64,000 nt of DNA from a bacterium (lineage in GTDB: Bacteria; Bacillota_I; Bacilli_A; RFN20; CAG-826), in the NCBI GenBank assembly GCA_963638555.1, contig CAVHQU010000001.1, positions 99,560-163,559 of the forward strand, written 5' to 3'. Shown here one piece after another: positions 8,206-16,979 of this stretch. Numbering within the stretch: the stretch's first letter is position 1; each line of letters begins with the position of its first letter. The notes beneath the pieces were generated by a model. That model was not told the origin of the DNA and made no database searches. It saw only the letters and a list, made by a program, of their open reading frames with translations. The translations under genes were made by a program, and so were the position numbers.

Positions 8206-9068
8206 TTGAGAGTTAAATTGAATAAAAGGGCAAACAAATCAGTTCCTGTAATGGAGATATAATAGAATGCTGCGCAGAATGCTGAGACAATAACAAATTC
8301 AAGCAAGTCCCACCATCTAAAGTGAAGTTTACGATACTTTGTTCTTTTGCCCATTGGATCATATCCTCTGCATTCCATGGCATTTGCAAGTTCGTCCGAA
8401 CGAACAAATGATGAAACAAAAAGAGGAATGATAAGAGAGATAATTGCTTTGAATTTAGCAAATATATGCCCATGTTTAAAATCAACGCCACGAGAAGATT
8501 GAGCCTTTAGAATTCTTTGAACATCTTCTAAGATTGTTGGAATAAACCTAAGCGCAAGAGTGATTATCATCGCAAGTATTGGGGTAGGCACACCAATTAC
8601 TCTCAATGGGGTAAGATACCAATCAAGACCATCAGTTAAACTTAAAGGCTTGGTCGTACCAGTTAAAATCATCGAAAGAGAAAGCATGATGACTAAGCGT
8701 AGGAATACCTTGCCTGCTTCAAGCAAAGATTCGTAATAAATCTTGAAGGTTCCAATCGTAAAATACCAATCTTGATTTGCTTCAGTGTATCTAGGAACAA
8801 GGACATAAATCAGCAAAAGGAAGACAACCATGAACCACATACCGCTTAAGGACTTAAGCAAAGATAAGAAGGACATATGTGAACAAGCAAGGAGGATTAT
8901 TGTCACAAGCAAAAGAATTCCAAGCATCGTATATGTCATCGTCCATGTTGGATAGTTAATGAAAATGGCAACCATTAAGATTATCAAAGAATAAATCTTT
9001 AGACGTGGATCCATTTTGTGAACAAATGAGTTATAAGGAACGTAACGACCTAATGTAAAACTAGCCAT
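8202..9068 (-). CDS. ecfT: ECF transporter transmembrane component
   Basis: 288-aa polytopic protein with the conserved RGxD stretch (...QSSRGVDFKHG..). Gene order is ecfA1-ecfA2-ecfT-truA. Confidence 0.9.
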   Translation of the reverse strand: MASFTLGRYVPYNSFVHKMDPRLKIYSLIILMVAIFINYPTWTMTYTMLGILLLVTIILLACSHMSFLSLLKSLSGMWFMVVFLLLIYVLVPRYTEANQDWYFTIGTFKIYYESLLEAGKVFLRLVIMLSLSMILTGTTKPLSLTDGLDWYLTPLRVIGVPTPILAMIITLALRFIPTILEDVQRILKAQSSRGVDFKHGHIFAKFKAIISLIIPLFVSSFVRSDELANAMECRGYDPMGKRTKYRKLHFRWWDLLEFVIVSAFCAAFYYISITGTDLFALLFNLTLK

Positions 9069-9993
9069 TTTTCTTGCTCCTTATGATTGCGTCAGCCAAA
9101 TCAGAAACCGTCCGCATATTACTTGTATCGACATTCAAACCGCGATTTTTTAAACGTAAAGCAAAATCAAATATATGAGGATTTTGGAGAGAGAATGCCG
9201 TCAAATCTTCGCCAAAAAGCTCGCACGGGGTACATATCTTTTCGATATTACCATGTTCCATGACCACAACTTTTTCGGCATATGAGGCAACTAAATCCAT
9301 ATCATGGGTTACTAAAATTATGCCAGTGCCGTTCTTTTGAATCTCTTTGAAAAGCATCATCGTTTCTTTGGCGGCGGCCGGATCTAATCCAGCAGTCGGC
9401 TCATCAACGATTAAAATATCAGGGGATGCAGCAAGAATGCCAGCAATGGCAACTTTTCTTTTTTCACCGCCAGATAATTCAAATGGGCTTCTTTCAAAGA
9501 AAGTTTCGTTTAGTCCAACACGTATAAGGGCTTCATGAGCAAGCTTAAGTGCTTCATCCTTTGGAACTCCGAAGTTCTTTGGGCCAAACGCCGCATCTTT
9601 TTCAACAGAATCTTCAAATAATTGGTATTCGGGAAATTGAAAAACTAAGCCGACCTTCTTCCTGAGGTCTTTGACATCTTTACTACCATGCTTTTGGTAG
9701 ATGCGCTTTAACTCTTCTTTCGCTTTTGCCTTTTCTTCTTTGCTGAGCTTCTTGCTAATTTTTTCCTTTTTATCAGGATGATTAATGAAACCATTGATAT
9801 CAACATACCCAGAGGTTGGCGTTAAAAGGGCGTTTATCATTTGAATCATGGTGGATTTACCAGAACCAGTTCTTCCAACGATAGCGATGAATGAATTTTC
9901 TTCTAAAGTCAAAGAAATATTTTTAAGCGCAGAACTCTGGAATGGGCTTTTAGGATTGTATGTGAAGGACAAATCATGGAATTCTATCGGCAT
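9061..9993 (-). CDS. ecfA2: ECF transporter ATPase component A2
   Basis: Walker A GRTGSGKST, signature LSGGEKRK and Walker B ILIVDEPT. Carries a Lys/Glu-rich insertion (about 40 aa, PDKKEKISKKLSKEEKAKAKEELKRIYQKHGSKDVKD). Confidence 0.9.
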   Translation of the reverse strand: MPIEFHDLSFTYNPKSPFQSSALKNISLTLEENSFIAIVGRTGSGKSTMIQMINALLTPTSGYVDINGFINHPDKKEKISKKLSKEEKAKAKEELKRIYQKHGSKDVKDLRKKVGLVFQFPEYQLFEDSVEKDAAFGPKNFGVPKDEALKLAHEALIRVGLNETFFERSPFELSGGEKRKVAIAGILAASPDILIVDEPTAGLDPAAAKETMMLFKEIQKNGTGIILVTHDMDLVASYAEKVVVMEHGNIEKICTPCELFGEDLTAFSLQNPHIFDFALRLKNRGLNVDTSNMRTVSDLADAIIRSKKNG

Positions 9994-10805
9994 AAAAATT
10001 CCTCCAATTTCTCTTCCGTATCAATATCGGCTGGTATATCTAAGCCTTTTTCAATGAGCGCTTCTTTTAATGAAACGAAAAATGGTGCGTCTAATCTAAT
10101 GTTTCTAAGTTCTTCTTGATGGGCGAAAACCTCTGATGGAGTTCCTTGAAGAATGATTTTTCCGCCATTCATAACTAAAACGTAGTCTGAGCGAAACGCC
10201 TCTTCTACATCGTGAGTTATAGATAAAACAGTCAGGTTTGGATTTTCTTTTCTAAGAGAGAAGGTAATGTCCAAAATATCTCTTTTACCTACTGGGTCAA
10301 GCATGGAAGTTGCTTCATCGTAGATTATCAAATCTGGGTGCATAGCCAATACGCCAGCAATAGCGACTCTTTGTTTTTGACCGCCAGAAAGGTTTTCCGG
10401 AGCCTTGTCTAATTGGTCATACATCCCGACTCTTTTGCTATATGTATCGATTATTTTATCCATTTCTTCTGATGGAACTTGTCTGTTTTCTAATCCAAAA
10501 GCAATGTCTTCTCTAACGGTAGATCCAACAAATTGATTGTCAGGATTTTGAAAAACTAAGCCAATTCTTTTCCTAAGGGAGTGAATACTGTCTTTATTGA
10601 GCTCCTCGCCAAATAAAGTAATTTTGCCTTCGTAATTGTTGATAAGGCCTGATATTAATTTGGCTAAAGTTGATTTGCCAGAACCGTTGTGACCAATTAG
10701 GGCAACATACTTGCCTTCAGGAACGTCAAAAGAGACGGAATTAACCGCCTTGATTTCATCCTTATCGTATGAATATGTAAGATCCTTTACTTCAATAACG
10801 TTCAT
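9984..10805 (-). CDS. ecfA1: ECF transporter ATPase component A1
   Basis: Walker A GHNGSGKST, signature LSGGQKQR and Walker B LIIYDEATS. Confidence 0.9.
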   Translation of the reverse strand: MNVIEVKDLTYSYDKDEIKAVNSVSFDVPEGKYVALIGHNGSGKSTLAKLISGLINNYEGKITLFGEELNKDSIHSLRKRIGLVFQNPDNQFVGSTVREDIAFGLENRQVPSEEMDKIIDTYSKRVGMYDQLDKAPENLSGGQKQRVAIAGVLAMHPDLIIYDEATSMLDPVGKRDILDITFSLRKENPNLTVLSITHDVEEAFRSDYVLVMNGGKIILQGTPSEVFAHQEELRNIRLDAPFFVSLKEALIEKGLDIPADIDTEEKLEEFLCR

Positions 10806-11287
10806 TTTTGCTTGATATCCAATATCTTTCCTTCATATTTGGTAATTTTAACACCAGCCATTGTTAGAAGGTTTCTAGACGCTTCATAGATTGTGTCATT
10901 AGAATGCTTATCATCAAGGTAAATCATTTCTTTTATGCCAACTTGAACGATAGCTTTAGCACATTCGTTGCAAGGGAAAAGAGTGACGTAGATTCTGCAA
11001 CCATTAAGATGTCCGCCATCTCTCGTGTTTAAAATGGCATTAAATTCGGCGTGGCAAACATAAAGGTATTTGCTATCTAATCCTTCTCCGTGGCCCCATG
11101 GAATCACTTCATCATCAACCCCACGAGGCATTCCGTTATAGCCAATTGAAACAACTTTGTTTTGATCATCAACAATACAAGCACCGACTTGGGTTGAAGG
11201 ATCTTTACTTCTAAGAGCACTTAATTGAGCAATCCCCATGAAGTACTCATCCCAACTAATGTAATCATCACGATGTTTCTCTGCCAT
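10802..11287 (-). CDS. comEB: dCMP deaminase (ComEB family)
   Basis: 161 aa with zinc motifs CHAEFNA and PCNECAK. Confidence 0.85.
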   Translation of the reverse strand: MAEKHRDDYISWDEYFMGIAQLSALRSKDPSTQVGACIVDDQNKVVSIGYNGMPRGVDDEVIPWGHGEGLDSKYLYVCHAEFNAILNTRDGGHLNGCRIYVTLFPCNECAKAIVQVGIKEMIYLDDKHSNDTIYEASRNLLTMAGVKITKYEGKILDIKQK

Positions 11288-11358
11288 AACAAAAAACTCC
11301 TTATGCGTCCTAAAGTATATCTTTTTGCTTCTATTAAATCACCTAAAATAAATTTTAT

Positions 11359-12996
11359 TTATTTAATTTTAACAATCAAGGATTCATATGGGCGTAAACG
11401 TTTTTTGAATGCAAAACCTGAATGAGGGTAGTTAGAAATAAGCACTTGGCCTACCAAAGATGAAATTTTATGGGGGACGTGTATCCTTTTTCCCGTTAAA
11501 TTGATCAAAACGAAAAGCATTTCTCCTTCATATGAACGATAGAAGGCCATCATCTTCCCGTTGGTTTTGATTGGTTCAAAAGAACCATACAAAAGAGCCG
11601 GTTGTTTTGACCTGAATTCGGTAAGGGAACGGTAGAAATTAAGGATAGAGGTTGAATCATCTTCTTCTTTTGCAACGTTAATTTCTTTGTAGTTCGGATT
11701 AACGGGGAGCCATGTGGAATCACCAGCTGTAAATCCGCCATTCTTAGAATCGTTCCATTGCATAGGCGTTCTAGCATTATCCCTATTCATGTTATGAATC
11801 AACTTAAGAGATTTCTTCTTTGAAAAATGAAATTTCCTTAAAAGATTAAGCAAATAAAAATTAACGGGGTCCTTAAACTCTTCAGGTTTAAAGATAGGAT
11901 AATCACTCATCCCTATTTCTTCACCTTGATAAATGAAAGGCGTTCCTCTTAAGGTAAGAATGATCATTGCTAATTCTTTAGCTGATTCTTTGTAATATTT
12001 CTTTATGTTGCCAAAGCGGTTTATTGAACGTGGCTGGTCATGGTTTTCCAAGAAAATAGCGTTCCATGAAAGTTCTCTTTGCCAATCGAAAAGAGTTTTC
12101 TTAAATTTCTTTGGTTTGAAACGTGTTTTGAAGATTGGCACGAGAAACTTATCGCAATTAACAGTATCGAATTGGAAAGCTAAATCTAGTTCTTTGTTTG
12201 TGAATCTTCTAGCATTTTGGAAATCAACGTTATAGGTTTCCCCGACAACCATGCAATCATATTTAGAGAAAACATCCTCATAGATTTTATGCAAGATATG
12301 ATGATTTTCATCTTTCATTAAGTACTTCTCTTGACCAGTTACCCATAAAGTTTTCTTGCCATCTTTAAGATCTTCTTTCCAAATTTGGTTGATGACATCA
12401 CATCTAAAACCGTAAACGCCTTTGTCTAGCCAGAAACGTAAAATCTTCTCGACTTCTTCTAAGACTTTTGGGTTGTGCCAATCTAAATCAGGCTGTTTCT
12501 TGTTAAAGATATGAAGGTAATAGGCGCCCGCTTCAGGGACGTATGTCCAGGCCGATCCGCCAAAATTCGATGTCCAATTATTAGGTGGCTCAGTATTGTT
12601 TTTCTTCCCTTCTCTCCAGTAATAAAAATCGCGATAAGGAGAATCGGGGTTGATTGAAGATTTGAACCATTCATGTTCATCAGACGTATGGTTCACGACC
12701 AAATCCATAACGATTTTGATGCCTTTTCTTTTCGCTTCGTCAATAAGCCTGTCCATATCATTCATCGTTCCATATTCGGGATTGATTGAATAATAATCTG
12801 CAACATCATAGCCGAAATCCGCATTTGCGGTTTTGTAAACGGGCGAAAGCCAAATAATACCAACGCCCAATTTCTTAAGATAATCTAGCTTTGAAATGAT
12901 ACCAGGTATGTCGCCGATTCCATCTCCATTAGAATCATAGAAAGAACGTGGATAGATTTGATAAACAATGTGGTCGTGAAAATATTTGTGTTCCAT
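11359..12996 (-). CDS. GH13 alpha-glucosidase / oligo-1,6-glucosidase-like enzyme
   Basis: 545 aa. N-terminus is ..VYQIYPRSFYDSNGDGIGDIPGI..DYLKKLGVGIIWLSP, with DLVVNHTS, GFRCDV and FLENHDQPR as GH13 regions I-IV. Confidence 0.88.
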   Translation of the reverse strand: MEHKYFHDHIVYQIYPRSFYDSNGDGIGDIPGIISKLDYLKKLGVGIIWLSPVYKTANADFGYDVADYYSINPEYGTMNDMDRLIDEAKRKGIKIVMDLVVNHTSDEHEWFKSSINPDSPYRDFYYWREGKKNNTEPPNNWTSNFGGSAWTYVPEAGAYYLHIFNKKQPDLDWHNPKVLEEVEKILRFWLDKGVYGFRCDVINQIWKEDLKDGKKTLWVTGQEKYLMKDENHHILHKIYEDVFSKYDCMVVGETYNVDFQNARRFTNKELDLAFQFDTVNCDKFLVPIFKTRFKPKKFKKTLFDWQRELSWNAIFLENHDQPRSINRFGNIKKYYKESAKELAMIILTLRGTPFIYQGEEIGMSDYPIFKPEEFKDPVNFYLLNLLRKFHFSKKKSLKLIHNMNRDNARTPMQWNDSKNGGFTAGDSTWLPVNPNYKEINVAKEEDDSTSILNFYRSLTEFRSKQPALLYGSFEPIKTNGKMMAFYRSYEGEMLFVLINLTGKRIHVPHKISSLVGQVLISNYPHSGFAFKKRLRPYESLIVKIK

Positions 12997-13012
12997 ATTG
13001 ATATTTTACAAC

Positions 13013-13036
13013 AAAAAAAGAAGGGTTAAACCCTTC
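13013..13036 (-). terminator. rho-independent terminator after the wHTH gene
   Basis: Stem GAAGGG...CCCTTC, followed on the minus strand by T7. Confidence 0.7.
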
Positions 13037-13043
13037 AATTAAA

Positions 13044-13406
13044 TTAGAATCGATTGAGCATTAACAAACGATAGCCCTCACCATATACGGAATCGATTCT
13101 AGCTCCTTTGATGTAAGTAAGTTTTTTTCGGATAGAAGCAATATGCACATCAATGGTTCTAGTCGGATATCGCTTCCCAGACTCTTTAAGTTTCTTGTAT
13201 TTTTCTTGGGCCGCATCAGTAGGCCATACAACTTCAACAAGTTCCTCACGCTTAACAAAATGAGGTTTTTCTTGATACAGTTTCTTTAAAATTTTCCATT
13301 CTAAAGGCGTGAACTTCACATGATAGCGGAAGTAAGATAGTGTGTGTTTGTCAGTATCACATTTAACTATTGAGTGATCAGATCGTTCGATGTCGATGAT
13401 AGCCAT
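13044..13406 (-). CDS. stand-alone OmpR/PhoB-type winged-helix DNA-binding protein (no receiver domain)
   Basis: 120 aa. FTPLEWKILKKLYQ...REELVEVVWP....RTIDVHIASIRKKL....I.SVYGEGYRL matches the Trans_reg_C pattern. AAGGAG SD is present. Confidence 0.7.
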   Translation of the reverse strand: MAIIDIERSDHSIVKCDTDKHTLSYFRYHVKFTPLEWKILKKLYQEKPHFVKREELVEVVWPTDAAQEKYKKLKESGKRYPTRTIDVHIASIRKKLTYIKGARIDSVYGEGYRLLMLNRF

Positions 13407-13514
13407 AAAAGAACTCCTTTTTGCTGGTTATGCGTTGACTATACGCAAAATTAAATAAATTTCACCTATTTTTTTCAAATTTTGCTAAATTTTTGATGAA
13501 ATCGAATGTTTTCG

Positions 13515-14300
13515 CTACTTTGTATTGGTTTTTTTCTGGAAAATTAAGAGCAAAGAAGGAACAATGACGTCAATTAGCAAAATATCTAACGGAGCAGCAA
13601 TAACAAGCATAGACACGATAACTTCATATGAGACTCTATAACCAGTTGATGAAATAACGATGAAATAAAGGTAATAGGCTAATCCTTTAAGGAATACAAG
13701 CAATCCAATCAGCAAGAAAAATGATATGAAGGCGATCTCACCGGGTTTTGGTAAATTTTGAAAGCGCTCCTTCTTTTTTTTGTAATATCTATCAGAAAGA
13801 ATAAGCCCAACAATTGTTATTCCATCCATCAAAGCAGATAAACATAGAATGATTATTTTCACATATGGACTGTAATATGAGAGCCTTTGATCAAGAATGT
13901 TTGTTCCATAAAAGAAATACGCTTCTGTACCAAGAACACATAAGAGTAGGAAAATAACGACATAGGTGAAAGGGAAGAAATTCCTAATCTTTTTTGTTAG
14001 TTTTTCTAGTAACCACGGAAGGATGCCTAATAGAACAAACACGATCGTAAGCAAAAAGTTGTAAGCCCCAGTTGGCATTATCAAGGCGGGAATCAAATCA
14101 GACAACCCTCCAACAACCGCGCCATAAATTGGGCCTAACACCAAAGAGGCAAAAACAACAATGGCAGGGGTGAATGAAATGCTAATAAAGGAAAGATGAG
14201 GGATGCTTATCATTTTTGTAATTGAGCCTAAAATTACGGAAACTGCCAAAAGCATCGCGGCAAGAGTTACCTTCTCAACCTGTTTGAATTCCTTGTTCAT
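13515..14300 (-). CDS. polytopic membrane protein, possibly a folate-family (FolT-like) ECF transporter S component with a C-terminal extension
   Basis: 261 aa. The N-terminal half (..LGPIYGAVVGGLSDLIPALIMPTGAYNF..) resembles FolT-type S components from memory. The family call is tentative. Confidence 0.45.
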   Translation of the reverse strand: MNKEFKQVEKVTLAAMLLAVSVILGSITKMISIPHLSFISISFTPAIVVFASLVLGPIYGAVVGGLSDLIPALIMPTGAYNFLLTIVFVLLGILPWLLEKLTKKIRNFFPFTYVVIFLLLCVLGTEAYFFYGTNILDQRLSYYSPYVKIIILCLSALMDGITIVGLILSDRYYKKKKERFQNLPKPGEIAFISFFLLIGLLVFLKGLAYYLYFIVISSTGYRVSYEVIVSMLVIAAPLDILLIDVIVPSLLLIFQKKTNTK

Positions 14301-14382
14301 AAATAACCTTTAACAAATATCTACCGCCTCGTCTTCGCACTCCACTCTTTTTGGACGCTTAGCGGTCTTATCACAATTCATA

Positions 14383-14856
14383 TTAATCTAAATAATCTTT
14401 AACTGAGCGGCCTTTTTCTTCAGAACGTTTTAAATCTTTTTCCTTTAAAGCGTCACGTTTATCATGAAGTTTTTTGCCCTTAGCAACTGCAATTTCTAAT
14501 TTCGCATAGCCATGTGATAAAAACAATTTCGTTGGGACGCATGTGTTTCCTGTAGCAGTAAGTTTTCTTTTTAATTTGTTTAATTCCGTTCTCGTTAGTA
14601 AAAGTTTACGATCTCTAAGATGATCAACATTGAAAATGTTACCTTCTTTGTAAGCAGCAATATGCATGTTAACAACAAACGCTTCACCGTTTTTGAGCAT
14701 TACAAAAGCGTCGGTAATATTTGCATCATGTCTTCTTAGCGATTTAATTTCTGTGCCAGTTAATACTAAACCAGCAGTCATAAAATCGCTTAGGAAATAT
14801 TCAAATCCTGCTCTTCTATTTTCTAATAACGTTGAATTGTCTTTCTTTTTACTCAT
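14383..14856 (-). CDS. smpB: SsrA-binding protein
   Basis: 157 aa containing ..NRRAGFEYFL...AGLVLTGTEIKSLR... Textbook SmpB. Confidence 0.95.
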   Translation of the reverse strand: MSKKKDNSTLLENRRAGFEYFLSDFMTAGLVLTGTEIKSLRRHDANITDAFVMLKNGEAFVVNMHIAAYKEGNIFNVDHLRDRKLLLTRTELNKLKRKLTATGNTCVPTKLFLSHGYAKLEIAVAKGKKLHDKRDALKEKDLKRSEEKGRSVKDYLD

Positions 14857-14913
14857 AGCTACATCCTAGCCTTTTAATTATAGCCGTTTTAGGTATGTAA
14901 CTAAATATTCTAT

Positions 14914-15582
14914 TTAGATAACATAGAAATATATGGAGAAGAACATCAAGACTGTACCAAGCAAAACAAAGAGATGGAAGATAAAGTGGAACCATTGATT
15001 CTTTTTACCACCAATTCCGTACAAAATAGCGCCAACCGTATATGAAATTCCGCCCATTAAAAGTAAGAAAGTGCCATTCATAAAACCAATCGAAGCAGTT
15101 AGTGGGTAGAAAGAGATGATGATAGCCCAGCCAGTAAAGAGATAATCAACCATCGAAAGAACAGCAAATTTCTTTATATCGATTGCATTTAAAATGATTC
15201 CGGCAATTCCAAAGAAAATAACAACCCCATAAATAGACCATGCCCAGCCTAAAGAATAATTTCTAAGGGCAACAAGGCAATATGGAGAATATGTTCCGAT
15301 AATCAGGAAAAAGATATTGCAATGATCCATGACTCTCCAAACTTTTTTAACATCAGATTTAGGAAGGCCATGATAGATGGCAGAACCCAAATAAGTAATC
15401 AAAGCGCCAAAAAAGAAAAGAGAAGATGCCACAATAGCCCATACATTACCACTTTTAGCAGCCTTAACTATAAGAAAAGGAAAACCAAGGAGGGATAGGA
15501 ATACCCCAAAGGCGTGTGACAACGAATTAGCAATTTCTTGCCCTTCTGTGTAATTTGGTAATGTAATTTCTCTTGTGCTCAT
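14914..15582 (-). CDS. hemolysin-III / PAQR-family membrane protein
   Basis: 7-TM protein with EIANSLSHAFG, YHG..., MDHCNIF and HLFVLLG motifs. Start placed at ATG 15582 (MSTREIT...); the track start at 15621 is a GTG. Confidence 0.85.
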   Translation of the reverse strand: MSTREITLPNYTEGQEIANSLSHAFGVFLSLLGFPFLIVKAAKSGNVWAIVASSLFFFGALITYLGSAIYHGLPKSDVKKVWRVMDHCNIFFLIIGTYSPYCLVALRNYSLGWAWSIYGVVIFFGIAGIILNAIDIKKFAVLSMVDYLFTGWAIIISFYPLTASIGFMNGTFLLLMGGISYTVGAILYGIGGKKNQWFHFIFHLFVLLGTVLMFFSIYFYVI

Positions 15583-15588
15583 GACACT

Positions 15589-15617
15589 ATAATATATGCT
15601 TCTTGTTTCAATTGCAA
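15589..15617 (-). promoter_or_regulatory. candidate sigma-70 promoter of the hemolysin-III gene with leaderless geometry
   Basis: On the minus strand: TTGCAA (15612-15617), 17 nt, TATTAT (15589-15594), 6 nt (agtgtc), then ATG at 15582. No SD. Confidence 0.5.
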
Positions 15618-15678
15618 GCACATCTCGTTTTTGATACTAGGTTTATTAATTTTTCCTTATCAAATATAATGATTTTAT

Positions 15679-16932
15679 ATGAGTAAAGCGTTGGTATTAT
15701 GTGGTGGGGGATCGCTTGGTTCCTACGAAGTCGGAGTATGGAAATATTTCGAAGAAAAGAACATTCATTTTGATATAGTTACTGGTACTTCTATTGGCGC
15801 TTTAATCGGTGCCATGTATGTTGCTAATGATTATGAAAAATGCTACGAATTGTGGGATCATGTATCAATGAATGATGTCATGAACAATGGCATAAACATT
15901 GGTAAAAAAGGCCTTGAAAATTTTACTGCATCACGTGCATTAGCTTTTGCTGGTTCATATATTAAAAATGCCGGAGCCGATAACACCCCATTCATTAAAC
16001 TTGTAAATAAATACTGCAGCCCGAAAAAAATAAAAGAAAGCAAAACAAAATTAGGCATAGTAACAACAAAATATCCTTCGATGAAACAAGTAAATCTAAC
16101 AAGTGACGACATGAAGGAAGAGGAAATTATTCCATTTTTACAAGCTTCAAGTGCCTGCTGGCCCATATTTCCAGTCACGAAAATAGGAAGGCAAAAATAC
16201 GTTGATGGAGGTTTTTCTGACAATCTTCCAATTGATTTAGCGATTAAAATGGGCGCGACACAAATAGTTGCCGTTAAACTAAAATCATACCCGCCAGTGC
16301 CGCAGCATCTCGAATTAACTGAACTGCCTTTTGTTAAAACAATTTCTTCAGTCGTTGATTTAGGTTGGATAATGGATTTCAAACACGAAACGATCATGAA
16401 CAATCTTCAAATAGGATATTTTGATGCAAAGAAAGCCTTTGGAGACGCATTAGGAAAATACTTCACTTTCTCTTCTTTAGAGGGATTTGAAGAAATTGCT
16501 GATGACTTTTTAAGAGAATGCGTTGAAGACGACCCTCTTTTATGGAAAAAGATAAACAAGATCCTTCTTAAAGAAGGATATGAATGTAAAACATCCAAAG
16601 ATGCCTTTATTGCAACATTAGAAATAGTTGGAAAGATATTAAAAGTGTCTCCTTATGTTGAATATGGTGTAGCATCGTTCGCAAAAGAGTGTCGAAAAGA
16701 ATGCATGTCCATCATTAAAAACGAGAATGATATAAAGAAGTTCTTACAAACAAAGAGTAATAGGGCGTTGAATAAGTCTGAATATCCAGCATTTATTGGG
16801 TATCTATATAATTCATATAAAGCAGGACATAAAGCTAAACACGCTAAATTCTTCTATAACATGTCTCCATTAACTATTCTTATTAGTAATGCAATGAAAG
16901 AACTAGTTAAAAAATTAAAAACGTTTAGATAA
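15679..16932 (+). CDS. patatin-like phospholipase with a C-terminal domain of about 200 aa and unknown function
   Basis: Oxyanion motif CGGGSLGSY, nucleophile GTSIGA and catalytic Asp VDGGFSDN. Confidence 0.85.
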   Translation: MSKALVLCGGGSLGSYEVGVWKYFEEKNIHFDIVTGTSIGALIGAMYVANDYEKCYELWDHVSMNDVMNNGINIGKKGLENFTASRALAFAGSYIKNAGADNTPFIKLVNKYCSPKKIKESKTKLGIVTTKYPSMKQVNLTSDDMKEEEIIPFLQASSACWPIFPVTKIGRQKYVDGGFSDNLPIDLAIKMGATQIVAVKLKSYPPVPQHLELTELPFVKTISSVVDLGWIMDFKHETIMNNLQIGYFDAKKAFGDALGKYFTFSSLEGFEEIADDFLRECVEDDPLLWKKINKILLKEGYECKTSKDAFIATLEIVGKILKVSPYVEYGVASFAKECRKECMSIIKNENDIKKFLQTKSNRALNKSEYPAFIGYLYNSYKAGHKAKHAKFFYNMSPLTILISNAMKELVKKLKTFR

Positions 16933-16970
16933 GAAAAAAGCCCTTTGTCAAACGACAAGGGGCTTATTCA
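16933..16970. terminator. bidirectional terminator between the patatin-like gene and gpmA
   Basis: 10-bp stem GCCCTTTGTC (16940-16949) / GACAAGGGGC (16954-16963), flanked by an A-run and T-rich sequence. Confidence 0.7.
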
Positions 16971-16979
16971 TTTCTCAAA

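Noticed and set aside
14301-14382. Checked for tmRNA (ssrA) next to smpB.
   Set aside because: The spacer is only 82 nt and lacks a tRNA-like acceptor/T-arm or a tag reading frame, so ssrA must be elsewhere. The segment is reported instead as a possible cis-regulatory structure.
15679-16932. Patatin-like phospholipase as a CBASS-type (CapV-like) defence effector.
   Set aside because: No cyclase/nucleotidyltransferase or other defence gene is adjacent. Its neighbours are hemolysin-III and gpmA, so it looks like a stand-alone lipid-metabolism enzyme.
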